Source: a virus
Strand: one strand, 5' to 3'
Length of the DNA stretch: 64,000 nucleotides
IMG/VR virus record: IMGVR_UViG_3300024261_000009
Coordinates: 53,233-117,232 of that record
Shown here: piece by piece, positions 1-9,492 of the stretch
How positions within the stretch are numbered: the stretch's first letter is position 1
Layout of the letters: every line of letters starts with the position of its first letter
Translations under genes and position numbers: made by a program
Notes under the pieces: model-generated
What the model was told of the DNA's origin: nothing
The model's input: only the letters and a program-made list of their open reading frames with translations
The model's database searches: none

Positions 1-2
1 AG

Positions 3-752
3 CAACCTTCTGGAGGCCTTTTTAGCTAAGTAGTGGACCGCCTTGGTCTGCTGTGACTTGTAACCTCTCAGCCGATGAGACTCGTCTGCAACTATCATAG
101 TGTAGGGGACCTGCGCGTATATTAGCTCGGAGGCTACTCGAGCCGTGTCATAGGTTATGACTAGAATGTCGGGAGGGTCTTTTAGTATATCTTTTAGCTT
201 CTTAGCTCTCTGCTTAGGCCCGCTAGCAACCAAGGGTTCCGCCCTAAGCTCTCCTGCAGAATGAATGTCAGCTTCCTCTTTCCAGGTGTAGATGTTTACG
301 CGTAGCGCGATTACCAAGCAAAGCTGTCTTCGAGAAGGGTCCTTGTTCTTTAGGTGCCTAACGAGGTCTACCACAATCTTTGTTTTACCGAGGCCTCTTC
401 CTAGAAAGAGCCCATACCGTAGATTCCACAAGGCGTGGCAAAAGGCTGTCTTCTGGTGCGGATAAAACGGCGTAACAGGCTCATACCCGTCCGTGTCTTC
501 TCGCTCCATCAATAGAGGCACTCGGTCCTCTTTGGAGACGTGGTCTAAGACCTCCTCGGGGATAACCACCGCAGGCAAAACTTTTCCTATATCCTCTACT
601 ACCTTTTGGTGGTAAGGGTAGAAAGCTGGGTACGCCCACCTTCCAGAAGGGGTTCGGACGGCACCGTATATTTTCTTTTGGGCGGGGGACAAAGCCTCCA
701 TTATTATTACTGGAAGGCCGTTATTAAGCATTTCTACTCTAATAGTAGTCAT
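3..752 (-). CDS. SNF2-family (SF2) helicase, 5' part; truncated by window edge
   Basis: Hand-translated, not in the ORF track. ATG at 752 with GAGGAGG RBS; open to the edge. Contains FYPHQ (Q motif), GLFLGRGLGKT (motif I), ILVITYDTAR and MIVADESHRLR (motif II). Confidence 0.85.
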   Translation of the reverse strand, partial: MTTIRVEMLNNGLPVIIMEALSPAQKKIYGAVRTPSGRWAYPAFYPYHQKVVEDIGKVLPAVVIPEEVLDHVSKEDRVPLLMEREDTDGYEPVTPFYPHQKTAFCHALWNLRYGLFLGRGLGKTKIVVDLVRHLKNKDPSRRQLCLVIALRVNIYTWKEEADIHSAGELRAEPLVASGPKQRAKKLKDILKDPPDILVITYDTARVASELIYAQVPYTMIVADESHRLRGYKSQQTKAVHYLAKKASRRL

Positions 753-846
753 ATCGGTAAACCTCCTCTATAGTTATCGGGAATACAGTGTGTACCAGTC
801 ATATACTTATGCCAGCAAAAACGCTTTTATTTAAGGAGGTTTTACC

Positions 847-2583
847 ATGCCCTTAGCTGACGATCTGCTCGGCGTTTCTATAAACACGGCCCGACAGTAC
901 CAAGACCCCTTTAAGCTGTGGTCTGGCAATAACACGCCTAAGGATCTTAAATCCCTGTTTAAGTGGACTGAATACCTCTACTACAATAGTGCCCAAATAT
1001 ACGCGGGCGTGAAGAAATTCGCTGAATACCCCATTACAGAAATACGTTACTTAACGACCAGTCCAAAAATACGCGACCGCTACAAAGAGCTCCTGGAAGA
1101 AGTTATTGGGATAAAGAGCTGCTTAATACGCTCCTCCCTAGACCTCCATGTGTACGGGAATAGTTTTTCTTCCGTCCACATCCCGTTTAAGAGGTTCCTT
1201 GTCTGTGACTCCTGCGGTCATAAGTCAGATATAAGAAGCGTTGATTACACGCTAAAGTTAGATAAGCTAGCTTTCAAGGGACACTGCTCCTCCTGTAACA
1301 GCACTCGAAAGATGACCGTTGAGGACCAGCGCATCTTGGACGTGGAAAAAGTTAACCTGATACGGTGGGACCCTAAGTGCATCACTATCTCCCACAACCC
1401 CGTAACGGGGGACAGTCAGTACTACTTAGACGTACCCGAAGACTTGGTCTCCTCAATAAAGAAAGCCGACGAACACCTTATAGCGTCAACTCCTTACAGC
1501 ATACTGCAGGCCGTTTCTGAAGGATCGACTTTTAAGTTCGCTTCCGGGGAACTCTTTCACATGAAGTCAGATTCCCCCGCAGGGGTTGAGGGCGGGTGGG
1601 GCTACCCAAGTCTAATGGCCGCTATGCACCTTTTTTATCACGCGTCAGTTATGCGAAAAGCGAATGAGGCCATCGCGCTTGAGAGAATTGTTCCTATGCG
1701 AATACTTCACCCGGCAGCCACATCGGGTAATGGGGATCCCATCATGTCAATGTCCATCTCTAGTTGGATAGACGATATGAAAACTTCTGTAAAAGAATGG
1801 AGGAAGGACCCTAACCACATGGTTTTCGCTCCTGTGGCTGTTGGAGTATCTCAGATCGGCGGCGATGCCCGGGCTCTTATGGTAGACTCAGAAATACAAA
1901 GAGCCGAGGACAACATAATAGCATCCATGGGGTTACCTAAGGAGTTCATCTACGGAGGACTGTCCTTTACAGGATCCGGAGTCACACTTAGGATGCTAGA
2001 AAACCAGCTTGAGAGCTCCCTATTTCAGATAAACAACCTTCTTCAGTGGACCACGGACAAACTCTCTAAATACCTTAGTTGGGACAGCTGCAAGGTAGCT
2101 CTGGGAGACTTTAAAATGGTGGACGATGTGCAACAGAAGGGAATCTTTCTCAACTTGTGGCAGAGCGGAGTTGTCTCAAAAACAACTCTGGCGGAGGCCA
2201 ACGGGATAGACCTCGCTGAGGAGCGGGAAAGAATGAAACAAGAGCAGCTTGAAGACGCTCAGTTGCAGAGGGAGATCCAGATGTCTATACAGGAGATGCA
2301 AAACACCTTAGCGGACCAAGCTCGAGCAGAGGTCCAAATGGGTAATCCCGGGCAGCAAGCTCAAGGTTCTCAGTACGACCAGCAAGCGGTAATAGCCCAG
2401 GCAGAGAATATAGCCCTTCAGATGCTACAGATGGACCCCAATATGAGAAGATCTCAGCTGTCCTCACTGCAGTCAGAAGACTACGTTATGTACTCCGTGG
2501 TCATCCAGAGATTAGAACAACTTCAACTGGACCAGAAGAACCAAGCAGCGCAGGCCAACCTGCAGCAGATGGGAGTAAACTAG
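847..2583 (+). CDS. Portal protein with Zn-ribbon insertion and Gln-rich C-terminal tail
   Basis: 578 aa with AAGGAGG RBS; first gene of the morphogenesis block. Portal-like segments (NLIRWDPKCITI, LFHMKSDSP, EDNIIASMGLPKEFIYGG), CDSC...CSSC insertion and coiled-coil/Gln-rich tail. Confidence 0.75.
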   Translation: MPLADDLLGVSINTARQYQDPFKLWSGNNTPKDLKSLFKWTEYLYYNSAQIYAGVKKFAEYPITEIRYLTTSPKIRDRYKELLEEVIGIKSCLIRSSLDLHVYGNSFSSVHIPFKRFLVCDSCGHKSDIRSVDYTLKLDKLAFKGHCSSCNSTRKMTVEDQRILDVEKVNLIRWDPKCITISHNPVTGDSQYYLDVPEDLVSSIKKADEHLIASTPYSILQAVSEGSTFKFASGELFHMKSDSPAGVEGGWGYPSLMAAMHLFYHASVMRKANEAIALERIVPMRILHPAATSGNGDPIMSMSISSWIDDMKTSVKEWRKDPNHMVFAPVAVGVSQIGGDARALMVDSEIQRAEDNIIASMGLPKEFIYGGLSFTGSGVTLRMLENQLESSLFQINNLLQWTTDKLSKYLSWDSCKVALGDFKMVDDVQQKGIFLNLWQSGVVSKTTLAEANGIDLAEERERMKQEQLEDAQLQREIQMSIQEMQNTLADQARAEVQMGNPGQQAQGSQYDQQAVIAQAENIALQMLQMDPNMRRSQLSSLQSEDYVMYSVVIQRLEQLQLDQKNQAAQANLQQMGVN

Positions 2584-2584
2584 T

Positions 2585-2944
2585 ATGTCCTCTAACGACC
2601 CTATAAAGGATTTTTCTCAGAGTATAGGGGGAGGACTTGACGCACCGAACCCTTTTAAAGAGGGTTTAGGGAAGACTAATGGTTTTGAAAAAGACCTATT
2701 CGAAGGAACTCCCCATGAGGCTAGTAAGCCTGCGACCCTAAAGTGGCGGCCGAAAGCGCGGGTGTTTATCATTGATGAAGACGGCAACGAGGAGTACGAG
2801 GACATATTGGCGCAGGGGGCCAACGGGGAAGTCATGTTGGGCCGAAAGGAGATAGTGGATCTTAAAGGTTCTATTTCCTACAAGGTGTACTTGGAGTGGA
2901 TGATACCTATTCGACCAGCTAAAAAGAAGCAGACTAACTCGTAG
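2585..2944 (+). CDS. Hypothetical protein (119 aa)
   Basis: Starts 1 nt after the portal stop; phage-like composition. Confidence 0.7.
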   Translation: MSSNDPIKDFSQSIGGGLDAPNPFKEGLGKTNGFEKDLFEGTPHEASKPATLKWRPKARVFIIDEDGNEEYEDILAQGANGEVMLGRKEIVDLKGSISYKVYLEWMIPIRPAKKKQTNS

Positions 2945-2964
2945 TCTGCTCCTCAAGGACGTCC

Positions 2965-3039
2965 TTACTTTCTTCTCTTTGGCTTAGAACTTAGTTTCTT
3001 TAGCGCGCTTCTCTTTGTGTATATTGGTCCTACTCGCAT
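2965..3039 (-). CDS. Putative 24-aa basic micro-protein MRVGPIYTKRSALKKLSSKPKRRK
   Basis: Hand-found. GGAG 5 nt before ATG 3039; overlaps the end of the upstream minus-strand gene; 10 of 24 residues are K/R. Confidence 0.4.
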   Translation of the reverse strand: MRVGPIYTKRSALKKLSSKPKRRK

Positions 3040-3392
3040 CTTAACTCCGTTAAATTATTATTAAGTGCCTCGGGACTACTAACTGCCGCCTTAAGCAGTT
3101 TCCGAGACGTTTCCTCTTTAAGGTCCGCGGTTCTCCTCTGTTTTCTGGACTTTCTACAGGGAGTACACACGGGCCTAACCGCGAGACTACGAAACTTGTT
3201 TCCCCGAGCCGAAGCCACGGCGTTGTACCTCTCGACCTGATTTTTCCACCGGAAGAGCATCCCGATGGTTATGTCTATAAGTGCCTTTTCTCCGGGACAC
3301 CTAACACAACTAGCCATCCCAACTATAACGTCGGTAGGATCCAGATCTGAGGTTCTTCTATCTATCCACTCCCCGCTAGGAGGTTCTGTCAT
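3030..3392 (-). CDS. Zinc-ribbon protein (CxxC...P-x-CxxCRKxRK)
   Basis: ORF track gives 3030-3542. The upstream part is AT-rich and promoter-like, so ATG 3392 (MTEPPSGEW) is preferred. CVRC and PVCTPCRKSRK motifs. Confidence 0.55.
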   Translation of the reverse strand: MTEPPSGEWIDRRTSDLDPTDVIVGMASCVRCPGEKALIDITIGMLFRWKNQVERYNAVASARGNKFRSLAVRPVCTPCRKSRKQRRTADLKEETSRKLLKAAVSSPEALNNNLTELRCE

Positions 3393-3585
3393 CAGGCCTT
3401 CTTCACAGCTTTTCGGAGCGCCCTGCTCCGCAAGAATTCTCGCCAGATAATTATATAAATACACTATTTTTTGCCTTTCTTTATTGTGGTTAGTGCTATT
3501 TGCATGAACACTACATGTGCCTTGCATATACTTGTGACACAATTAGGGGCGGTATTTTTGCTCCGATGCCCGCTTGGAGACCCTG

Positions 3586-6500
3586 ATGAAAGATTTAACC
3601 CCCGTTGTAATGAACCCCTACGACCGTAGGGATAAAATCAGAACCTCCGCCATCCAAGGAGTGGAAAGCCTATTTCCAATTCTAGGAGACCATAGAGATC
3701 TAGAGGTAAACAACCTTCGGGTAGATAAGAAAGACTACTCCGCTTCAGATATAAAGGACGCTGTTTTATCTGGGAGAACTCTTGGGGAGCAACTGAAAGC
3801 GGACGTGACTATCCGGGATAAAAACGGGCAGGTTATAGACGTAAAAAAGAACCACTCTCTAATGAGAGTACCCTACTTCACCCCGCAGAACACTTTCGTG
3901 GTCAAGGGAAACGAGTACGTAGTTAGACACCAGCTGAGGACTATGCCTGGGGTATACACTCGAAAAAGAGGGAATGGTGAACTTGAGGCTAGCTTTAACT
4001 TAGCTAAGGGCTCCAATTTTCGTCTTAGTATGGACCCGGAAAAAGGTCACATGAACATGGAGTACGGATCTTCGAAAATACCCTTGTATCCGGTACTTAG
4101 AGGCATGGGAATGACTCACACGGATATATCAAAGCAGTGGGGTTCTGGTGTAGCCAACCAAAACCAGGATGCGTTTGACCCTAAGAGGGACAAACACGTA
4201 GACCGGCTGTATAAGAAACTGGTACCGCAGAGGAAGGTGGACTCTTCCCTAAATACAGGGGAAAAGGTTTCTGTTATACTGGATAAGTATTCCAACACAC
4301 TCTTAGATAAAGAGACTACTAAGAAAACTTTGGGGGAAGCCCACACTAGCGTCACTCCCAGGAGCTTACTCGCGGCAAGCAAAAAATTACTGCGAGTATA
4401 CAAGGGGGAGGCGACCTCGGACGAGAGAGACAGCCTCGAGTACCAGACTCTCCACTCCCCTGAAGATTTCATCAGGGAACGCTTAGAGCATTCGGGCAGA
4501 AATATGCGGTGGAAGTTGAAATCAAAGCTAGACTTAACGTCTAAGCCGGAAATTAGTAAGGTTCTGCCCTCGTCTACGTTCACAAAGCCTGTGGACTCCT
4601 TCATAACCACCTCTCAGATAACCACCTCCCCGACTCAGATAAACCCCATTGCGTTAATTAACGATGCCAGCAGCATTACCCGATTCGGGGAAGGGGGTAT
4701 CGGAAGTGAGAGAGCTATCCCCGCGGACGTCCGAACTTTACACGCGTCCCACCTGGGAGCTTTGGACCCCTTCGGCACTCCAGAGAGCAGCAAATCCGGA
4801 GTAGATGTTCGGGCGGCTCAGCATTTATATAAGGATGATAGGGGGCGTCTTCACACCATACTCAAAAACGTCAGGACTTCTAAGAACCAGTTTGTTCCCG
4901 TGTCGGAAATACCTAGGTCCACTGTGGCGTTTTCTAACCAGAACACCCTTTCGGGTAGTGTGGACGTACTGCACAAGGGCAAGGTAACCAAGGTGTCCCC
5001 GGGTAAGGTTGATTACCAGGTACCCCACTCCTCGGTTCTATACGGAGTATCGACTAATCTTATACCTTTCCTAGATTCTACTCAGGGGAACCGGGCAATA
5101 ATGGCCTCAAAACACGTAGCCCAGGCTGTGCCTCTGATCGGACGAGAAGCGCCTTTAATCCAGGTCGGGGCCCCCGAAAACAGTGGGTACTCCTCGATAG
5201 AGGAACTGGTGGCTAAAACTATCGTCTTGCCCACATCTCCGGTGTCGGGAAGGGTTACGCGCGTAGACGATGATTTCATCCATATAAGAGATTCAAAAGG
5301 ATCTCCCCACAAGGTTGTCCGATTCAAAGACTATCCCCTTGCGTCAAAGACGCATATAAACGAAACACCTGTGGTCCGCAGGGGTGATAAAGTAAAGAAG
5401 GGCCAGGTTCTTTCTGACAATAACTACACGGTAGACGGGGTCCTAGCCCTGGGCAAAAACCTAAACGTGGGCTACATGGCCTACAGAGGTTTAAACTCAA
5501 ATGACGCAGTGGTTATCTCAGATGCAGCCGCGGATAAGCTTACCTCGGAGCATATGGTCAAACGAGTCCTAGTGCTGGATAACGACCTCTCCCTAGGGGA
5601 CAAGAAGCACGCGGCAAACTTCGCTTCGAGGTTTACTCGGGATCAGTATAGTAACTTGAAATCCGGCGTTGTTACTCCAGGAACCGTCTTGAGAAGTGGG
5701 GACCCTATAGCAACCGCAGTTAGAAAAGCCCCTCCTAGCGTTGAAAATGAAATGTTTGGTAGGATACATAAGTCCTTGAGAAGAGAGTACGTGGACGACA
5801 GTCTCGTCTGGGAGGATCCCGAAGACGGAGAGGTTGTTGATGTAAAACAAACGGGCAACAGGTTAGCAGTAACTATAAAGTCCAAAAAAAGGATGAAGGT
5901 TGGTGATAAACTAACGAATCGGTACGGGGCTAAGGGCGTAGTATCTAAAATAATTCCCGATGCAGAGATGATCCAGGATGCTTCGGGGAGCCCTATTGAC
6001 CTACTATGGTCTTCCTCGGGTGTCATAAGTCGAATAAATCCAGGCCAGATTGTGGAGACCGCTGCCGCTAAGGTGGCTAAGAAGCAGGGCAAACCAATCG
6101 TTGTCCAAAACTTTTCCAACAGAGATAACGTTCAGTGGGCCAAAAAGTTACTAAAGGATAATGGCCTAACCGACAAGGAAGAGGTTACCGATCCAATCAC
6201 GGGAAAGAAGATACCAAATATCATGGTGGGTCCTCAGTATGTCTATAAGGGCTTTAAGTCTACGGATACTAATTTCTCTGCTCGAGGGGCGGGAGGGTCG
6301 TACGACATTAACCAGCAGCCTGGGAGAGGAGGCATCTCTGGTGCCAAGGGGATGGGCAGGATGGAAATTAACGGACTGCTTGCACACAACGCACGAGACA
6401 TCCTAAGGGAAAATGCGGTTATAAAGGGCACCAGAAACACTGAGTACTGGAATGCGGTTAGACTCGGGCTACCCATCCCTTCTGCGACGGCTCCTTTCGC

Positions 6501-7935
6501 GCACAATAAGTTTGTTTCTATGCTTACCGGAGCCGGTATGCGAATGAATCGAGAGGGAAACCAGGTCAGCATGGCCCCTCTGACAAATAGAGATATAAGG
6601 AAGATGTCTTCCGGGGTTATTACTTCCGGGAAGATGGTTCGAGCCAAGGACCTGCGTCCCGAAGCGGGAGGACTCTTTGACCCTGGCGTGACAGGAGGGT
6701 TAACGGGGCAGAAGTGGTCTCACATAGAGTTAGACGAGCCCGTAGTCAGTCCTGTTTACCGGGACAGTGTCCGAAGAATACTGGGCTTTACTAACACAGA
6801 GCTCCAGGATACCGTGGAAAAAAAGGGCGGGGGGTTCATTAGAGAATCTCTTAAGTCTATAGATATCGACGGTAAGATAAAATCTCTCACTAGGGAAGTT
6901 AGAACCAGATCTCCTGGGTCCTCTCAAGATGATGCTCTTAAGCAACTCAAGGCGTTTAAGGCCTTGAAGTCCCGAGGCGTTCGGCCCGAGGATGCCTACA
7001 TTCTGGACGCGTTTCCCGTTTTGCCTCCTCAGTTTAGGCCTATAGTGCCAGGGCCTAAAGGAGACCTCTTAGTATCCGACGTTAACCACCTGTATAAGGA
7101 CCTAGCCTTAGCTAATGAAAAGATGAAGGAAGCTAAGTCCTTAGGTCTTCCTGATAAAGATATAGGGGCCATGAGAGCCCATCTTTCAGACGCTGTTGGA
7201 GCTGTCGCGGGGCTTAACGATCCCGTTACCGACAAATCTCGTGCCGCGGCCAAGAAGGGGATTATTAATACAATAGCGGGAACAAAAAGAGGCTTTTATA
7301 ACGGGAAACTTATTAGTAAAAGATTAGATCTAACTGGGAGAGGAACCGCTGCACCAGACCCTTCCCTAGGTCTGGATGAAGTGGGTCTTCCCGAGGAGAT
7401 GGCTTGGTCTATGTACCAGCCCTTTACGATAGGTAACCTGGTTAGGAGAGGGCACAAAGCTGTCCGGGCTAAAGAACTCGTAGAAAATAGGGACCCTATA
7501 GCCCGGGAGGCTTTATCTAGAGAGATTTCTCAAAGACCCGTGATTCTTAACAGAGCTCCCAGTCTGCATAAGTACAGCCTAGTTTCCGCGTACCCCAAGA
7601 TGATCCCCGGAAAAACTATAAAGGTTAACCCCTTCATTGAGGCGGGCATGAATTTGGACTACGATGGGGACGCGCTTCAGTTGCACCTACCAGCAACTCC
7701 TGGGGGAGTATCTGATGCTAAGAAGATGTTAATATCGGAAAACATCATGGGAACAAGGAATCGAGACTCTGTTCAGGTATTTCCAGAACTAGAATCCGTT
7801 ATTGGACTGTATAAGGGGACAACGGGAACCTCCAGCAGGCCTATGCAAACGTTCTCTTCGCGCCGGGAGGCACTGGAAGCATACCGTAAGGGAGATATTT
7901 CTTTAAAAGACCCTGTAAGGCTAGTAAACGATTAA
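3586..7935 (+). CDS. rpoBC: Phage multi-subunit RNA polymerase: beta subunit fused to the N-terminal half of beta' (RpoB+RpoC1-like)
   Basis: Beta motifs: FRLSMD, FGEGGI...VRTLHASHLGALDPFGTPES, NRAIMASK, GDKLTNRYGAKGV, SRINPGQIVET, QQPGRG...GRMEI. Beta' motifs: GGLFDP, HIEL, PVLPPQFRP, SKRLDLTGRG, LNRAPSLH, catalytic NLDYDGD (7651-7671). ATG 3586 follows GGAG; the track's TTG 3574 is the alternative start. Confidence 0.95.
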   Translation: MKDLTPVVMNPYDRRDKIRTSAIQGVESLFPILGDHRDLEVNNLRVDKKDYSASDIKDAVLSGRTLGEQLKADVTIRDKNGQVIDVKKNHSLMRVPYFTPQNTFVVKGNEYVVRHQLRTMPGVYTRKRGNGELEASFNLAKGSNFRLSMDPEKGHMNMEYGSSKIPLYPVLRGMGMTHTDISKQWGSGVANQNQDAFDPKRDKHVDRLYKKLVPQRKVDSSLNTGEKVSVILDKYSNTLLDKETTKKTLGEAHTSVTPRSLLAASKKLLRVYKGEATSDERDSLEYQTLHSPEDFIRERLEHSGRNMRWKLKSKLDLTSKPEISKVLPSSTFTKPVDSFITTSQITTSPTQINPIALINDASSITRFGEGGIGSERAIPADVRTLHASHLGALDPFGTPESSKSGVDVRAAQHLYKDDRGRLHTILKNVRTSKNQFVPVSEIPRSTVAFSNQNTLSGSVDVLHKGKVTKVSPGKVDYQVPHSSVLYGVSTNLIPFLDSTQGNRAIMASKHVAQAVPLIGREAPLIQVGAPENSGYSSIEELVAKTIVLPTSPVSGRVTRVDDDFIHIRDSKGSPHKVVRFKDYPLASKTHINETPVVRRGDKVKKGQVLSDNNYTVDGVLALGKNLNVGYMAYRGLNSNDAVVISDAAADKLTSEHMVKRVLVLDNDLSLGDKKHAANFASRFTRDQYSNLKSGVVTPGTVLRSGDPIATAVRKAPPSVENEMFGRIHKSLRREYVDDSLVWEDPEDGEVVDVKQTGNRLAVTIKSKKRMKVGDKLTNRYGAKGVVSKIIPDAEMIQDASGSPIDLLWSSSGVISRINPGQIVETAAAKVAKKQGKPIVVQNFSNRDNVQWAKKLLKDNGLTDKEEVTDPITGKKIPNIMVGPQYVYKGFKSTDTNFSARGAGGSYDINQQPGRGGISGAKGMGRMEINGLLAHNARDILRENAVIKGTRNTEYWNAVRLGLPIPSATAPFAHNKFVSMLTGAGMRMNREGNQVSMAPLTNRDIRKMSSGVITSGKMVRAKDLRPEAGGLFDPGVTGGLTGQKWSHIELDEPVVSPVYRDSVRRILGFTNTELQDTVEKKGGGFIRESLKSIDIDGKIKSLTREVRTRSPGSSQDDALKQLKAFKALKSRGVRPEDAYILDAFPVLPPQFRPIVPGPKGDLLVSDVNHLYKDLALANEKMKEAKSLGLPDKDIGAMRAHLSDAVGAVAGLNDPVTDKSRAAAKKGIINTIAGTKRGFYNGKLISKRLDLTGRGTAAPDPSLGLDEVGLPEEMAWSMYQPFTIGNLVRRGHKAVRAKELVENRDPIAREALSREISQRPVILNRAPSLHKYSLVSAYPKMIPGKTIKVNPFIEAGMNLDYDGDALQLHLPATPGGVSDAKKMLISENIMGTRNRDSVQVFPELESVIGLYKGTTGTSSRPMQTFSSRREALEAYRKGDISLKDPVRLVND

Positions 7936-7987
7936 CTGGTAATGCAAACCTCGTAGTCCTATTTTAAAACAGTCAGGAGAATATGAA

Positions 7988-8461
7988 ATGTCGCAACCCA
8001 AGTTAATACCACTAGTCCTGCTTTTCGCAACCCTATCGGTCCCTTTCGTAGCCACATCCCAAGACGGGGGCGCTAATGATTCCGGTACAGCCTCCTCTGC
8101 GGGCGAAGAATCTCCAGTGACAACAGCGCTTGGAGATCCCGAAACTGTAGAGCAGGCAATCCAATTAGTGTCTCAAGCCTTTGACATGGCCCTAGCGGGC
8201 CAGTGGCTCTTGCTAGCAATACTCCTGATACAGCTGGGGGTGTTCCTCATCAAAAGATACGCTCCGAGCGGTTACATGAAGGCCTGGGGGTCCGTTACTG
8301 TGGGCGCTCTGGCGGCTTTGATAGCAGTCCTATCCGGCTTATCCGGGGGATTGTCTTGGCAGGAATGCCTCGTAGTGTTCCTCTCGGGCCCGGCCTCGTC
8401 TCTAGCAGTAGACTTCTTGCACGCTATGGGCTGGCTTAAAAGAAAGACTCTCGATGCTTAG
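7988..8461 (+). CDS. Signal-peptide-bearing membrane protein with three hydrophobic helices (holin-like)
   Basis: N-terminal MSQPKLIPLVLLFATLSVPFVATS, an acidic linker, three TM-like segments and a basic C-terminus (LKRK). AGGAG RBS. Confidence 0.5.
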   Translation: MSQPKLIPLVLLFATLSVPFVATSQDGGANDSGTASSAGEESPVTTALGDPETVEQAIQLVSQAFDMALAGQWLLLAILLIQLGVFLIKRYAPSGYMKAWGSVTVGALAALIAVLSGLSGGLSWQECLVVFLSGPASSLAVDFLHAMGWLKRKTLDA

Positions 8462-8711
8462 TACTGCGTATAAAATCGGTAGTGTCACCGCTGTTGCTGA
8501 CTTTCTAGCTAAGGCAGCCTCCTCGGAAACCTCTGAGTCGGGGGTGGCGGAAAACTTCATTGCCCGGATCAACCAAATAACAGTGGGCTCTTCTGAAGAA
8601 GATGCCTCTCAGGCCAAACGAACGGGGAATGAGGTGTCTGCCTCAAGCCCCTCAACACGTCAAGCGGTAAGCTGGACGTCTCCCACGATAATTCATTCTG
8701 GAAGGCCTTAG
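8454..8711 (+). CDS. Small putative internal head protein (MLxxAY[KR]xGS leader family)
   Basis: ATG overlaps the upstream stop; N-terminus MLSTAYKIGSVTAVADFLAKAAS. Confidence 0.6.
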   Translation: MLSTAYKIGSVTAVADFLAKAASSETSESGVAENFIARINQITVGSSEEDASQAKRTGNEVSASSPSTRQAVSWTSPTIIHSGRP

Positions 8712-8714
8712 TAA

Positions 8715-9488
8715 ATGCTTAGTAGAGCCTACAAAGCCGGAAGTTACGAAGCTGAAGAGGCCTTTCTCGAGCGGCTATCCGGGGACCCGTCCTTTGAAAA
8801 GGTATCGTGGGCGGCACTCCGTACTATAGGATCCTCCCTCATGGGTACTGGGGCTAGGGCAGGGACATCCTCAATAATGTCCGGCGTGGGCTCCGGAGCA
8901 AGGGCTGCTTGGGGTGCGGGCATGGCATCCAGACCCGTGTCTGCAGCTAAGTTCATGTTAGGCATGGGCGGAAAAACTAGGCTTGGAAAGAACCTCTCTT
9001 TTTGGGGAGCTTCTCCACTAACCTTCGGGGGTGTTGGTGCCGCTACGGCCGAAGAGGGAGAGAGGGGCGAAGCCTTCATGAAGGGTGTCGCTGGCGGCCT
9101 ACTGTTCAACGTAGGTATGCGCGGAGGGGAAAAACTAGTGGGTGGGGGCTTACTGAAGGCCCTGAAACCTAAGGCGGGCATTGGGTTGAACGCTTTTACA
9201 AAGCACACCGCAAAGAGTGTAAAAGCACACAAGGGTCTTATGCCAAAGGGGGTCCCGCCCCCGCAAGCAGGAGAATACGCCGTTGGTTTTAAACAGCTGG
9301 GAGCGGCGGATAAGTTACGGAGAGGCTCGGTAGCTACGGGCACCGCTCTCGGCGGGATGGCAGGCGGCTTCGGACTTTCGATGGCAGCAGACCCCCTGGT
9401 GAACATTTTCTCTAAGAAGAACGTTCCCTACAAGGTCCCTCCAATGACACACGTAAATAACCCGTATAACCCGGTATACTACAGGTGA
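8715..9488 (+). CDS. Gly/Ala-rich putative internal head/ejection protein (MLxxAY leader family)
   Basis: N-terminus MLSRAYKAGSYEAEEAFL, FEKVS site, several GxxxG hydrophobic segments. Confidence 0.6.
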   Translation: MLSRAYKAGSYEAEEAFLERLSGDPSFEKVSWAALRTIGSSLMGTGARAGTSSIMSGVGSGARAAWGAGMASRPVSAAKFMLGMGGKTRLGKNLSFWGASPLTFGGVGAATAEEGERGEAFMKGVAGGLLFNVGMRGGEKLVGGGLLKALKPKAGIGLNAFTKHTAKSVKAHKGLMPKGVPPPQAGEYAVGFKQLGAADKLRRGSVATGTALGGMAGGFGLSMAADPLVNIFSKKNVPYKVPPMTHVNNPYNPVYYR

Positions 9489-9492
9489 GTAG

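Noticed and set aside
3454-3461. T4-type late promoter TATAAATA upstream of the RNAP gene
   Set aside because: It is a single exact instance in an AT-rich patch, is not repeated before other late genes, and no gp55-like sigma is seen.
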